A stretch of 64,000 nucleotides of DNA, from sequence record MN871451.1, one strand, 5' to 3'. Position numbers and translations under genes: made by a program. How positions within the stretch are numbered: the first letter of the stretch is position 1; each line of letters begins with the position of its first letter. The notes under the pieces were generated by a model. That model was not told the DNA's origin, did not search any database, and saw only the letters and a list, made by a program, of their open reading frames with translations. Positions 62,406-64,000 of this stretch are shown here, one piece after another.

Positions 62406-63269
62406 ATGTTTAAAGTTACGTTTGATGACCAACCGGTCCTTTATGAAAATTTAACTTTCCCGGGTGGCGAGGAACATATCGCCATTAGTCGTCATGGTCT
62501 ACCGCCTCATGATATCGGTGTTGTTAAAATAGAAGGAAGTATCAAATCCTCCACCGAGGCAGTGCGTCTACTGTTACTGGTCGATGCCATTCGTCGTATT
62601 GGGAAATACACGGCGAAAACAGAACTCCATTTAGTTGTGCCTTATTTCCCGTACGCGCGACAAGACCGTGTCTGTAATGCAGGCGAATCGTTTTCACTCG
62701 GCGTTTTTGCTGAACTGTTCAACAGCCTGAAAGCAGACCGAGTGTTGATACACGATCCTCACTCTAACGTTACCCCGGCGCTGATAAAAAACCTCGTCGT
62801 CCTGGAACAGTCCAAAATTGTCTACAATTTATTGGCTAATTGGATTCGGGAAAATAACGTCGTGTTAGTTTCACCGGACGGCGGCGCGGCGAAGAAAACT
62901 GAAGAGTTGGCAAAACTACTCGGCGGGGTGCCTATCGTTTACGCAAACAAAAAGCGCGATACTAAAACCGGCAACATTCTCGACATTACGTTATTGGACA
63001 ATGACAATATCGAAGGTCGTAATTTGTTGGTTGTCGACGACATCTGCGATGGTGGGTGGACTTTCACTGAGCTGGCGAAAAAACTCAATACCCAAAACCC
63101 GAAATCGCTCAGTCTCTTCGTGACCCATGGAATTTTTTCCAAGGGCCTGGGTGAACTCTCTATCGCTTTTGATCAGATTTTCTCAACCAACGTTTGGTGG
63201 GAAAATATCACTGACGACGGGTTACCAACCCAATCTTATTTAACTGCTAAAGATGGACGTGTGAAATGA
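62406..63269 (+). CDS. Prs-like pyrophosphokinase; candidate ADPR-PP synthetase (Adps)
   Basis: FPGGE, PYFPYARQDR, DPHS, VSPDGGA, KKRD..TG, VVDDICDGGWTF, THGIFSKG; translationally coupled to the Nampt-like gene. Confidence 0.88.
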   Translation: MFKVTFDDQPVLYENLTFPGGEEHIAISRHGLPPHDIGVVKIEGSIKSSTEAVRLLLLVDAIRRIGKYTAKTELHLVVPYFPYARQDRVCNAGESFSLGVFAELFNSLKADRVLIHDPHSNVTPALIKNLVVLEQSKIVYNLLANWIRENNVVLVSPDGGAAKKTEELAKLLGGVPIVYANKKRDTKTGNILDITLLDNDNIEGRNLLVVDDICDGGWTFTELAKKLNTQNPKSLSLFVTHGIFSKGLGELSIAFDQIFSTNVWWENITDDGLPTQSYLTAKDGRVK

Positions 63270-64000
63270 CCAACCCTTTACTGAAAGACCCAAAGTTCTA
63301 TACTGAAGATCCGCTGGTTTTCCTGCTGTGCGACGCCTACAAAACGGGGCACATCAATCAACAACCTCTGGGCACTGACAGCTTCTTTGAAAACCTGACG
63401 GCGCGTAGTCATACGTACTTCAATACGCCTCTGGACTTCGACGGTTCGGTGTTCATGGGAATGCAGCGCCTGGTTCTGCGTTGGTTGGTGGGAAGTTTCG
63501 ATAACTTCTTTAAAGCGCCGTTCAACGAATCGGAGGCAGAATACCTTCAGTATATGGATGGTGTTCTGGGTAAAGGTGTGGTGAAATCCGCTCACCTGAA
63601 AGCACTTCACGAGCTGGGTTATCTCCCACTGGAAATCCGTGCGGTACCGGAAGGCTCACTCGTCCCTATTCGTGTTCCATTCCTGACGATTGAAAACACA
63701 GTGGATGGCTTCGGGTGGCTGACGGGTTATTTCGAAGACCTCTGGAGTAACGAACTCTGGAAGCCATGTGTGCTGGCAACGAAAGCGTTGCACTTCCGTC
63801 GAGTGTTAGAGCAGTACGCTAACGAAACGGGTGCGGCAAAAGCCTTTATCGACTACCAATCTCATAACTTCGCACTGCGCGGTATGTCGGGTATGTTCGA
63901 TGATGCCAACAGCTCAGTCGGTCAGCTGATCTACTTCAAAGGGAGCGATAGCTTCCCTTCGGTCTGGACAGCGAATCGCTTCTATAACCCAGAAGGCGAT
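63266..64000 (+). CDS. Nampt-like phosphoribosyltransferase; candidate Namat (3'-truncated by the window; not in the ORF track)
   Basis: ATG overlaps the prs-like TGA; open to the window end. CDAYKTGH, LHELGYLPLEIRAVPEGS.VP...P.LTIENT, HNFALRGMSG, FKGSDS. Confidence 0.9.
   Translation, partial: MTNPLLKDPKFYTEDPLVFLLCDAYKTGHINQQPLGTDSFFENLTARSHTYFNTPLDFDGSVFMGMQRLVLRWLVGSFDNFFKAPFNESEAEYLQYMDGVLGKGVVKSAHLKALHELGYLPLEIRAVPEGSLVPIRVPFLTIENTVDGFGWLTGYFEDLWSNELWKPCVLATKALHFRRVLEQYANETGAAKAFIDYQSHNFALRGMSGMFDDANSSVGQLIYFKGSDSFPSVWTANRFYNPEGD

Noticed and set aside
14379-63269. Known anti-defence proteins (Acb1, Acb2, Tad1, Tad2, Apyc1, Ocr, Dmd)
   Set aside because: None of their recalled signature motifs was found among the small ORFs; remote homology cannot be excluded without HMM searches.
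63278-63610. 110-aa minus-strand ORF at the window end
   Set aside because: The real gene is the + strand Nampt-like ORF starting at 63266, which the track omitted because it has no stop in the window.
1-64000. tRNA genes, CRISPR arrays, integrase, transposase, reverse transcriptase
   Set aside because: No cloverleaf with T-loop and CCA, no regularly spaced direct repeats and no such catalytic motifs were seen by eye. A tRNAscan-SE/CRISPR finder run would be the definitive check.

Overview
A 64-kb segment of a large lytic dsDNA phage genome, most likely a phiKZ-related jumbo myophage of an Enterobacterales host. The assignment is inferred from a phiKZ-like early promoter motif, phiKZ-type virion proteins and enterobacterial tailspike modules; no chimallin, RNAP or capsid gene lies in the window. 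About 100 genes are densely packed, almost all on the + strand. 1-13.7 kb: a cluster of at least six tailspike, tail-fibre or beta-helix depolymerase genes, including modules resembling the docking domains of Ackermannviridae/G7C branched tailspikes. 13.7-59.3 kb: an accessory/early region with dUTPase, a NADAR-like protein, an SspB homologue, NadR + PnuC, an HD-domain hydrolase, Tpt1/KptA, two macrodomains, a ThyA with three related insertions, a BCS1-like AAA ATPase, a second AAA ATPase, a stand-alone AlaRS-like fragment, an orphan HigA-like protein and many hypotheticals. 59.4-64 kb: an inverted AT-rich tailspike with a P22-type head-binding domain, DHFR, and a Prs-like + Nampt-like pair (NARP1-like NAD+ reconstitution; Nampt cut by the window edge). 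Eight copies of a bipartite motif CTATATYAC-N5-TGHA mark probable virion-RNAP early promoters, and about 20 terminator-like hairpins delimit operons. The most interesting signals are (i) a dispersed but near-complete NAD+/ADP-ribose repair-and-recycle toolkit, (ii) a promoter-driven ~120-nt structured RNA with two anti-Shine-Dalgarno tracts at 7.92-8.05 kb, and (iii) a mosaic, probably branched receptor-binding apparatus. No tRNA, rRNA, CRISPR array, integrase or transposase was seen. All protein family calls come from motif recognition by eye, not from database searches.
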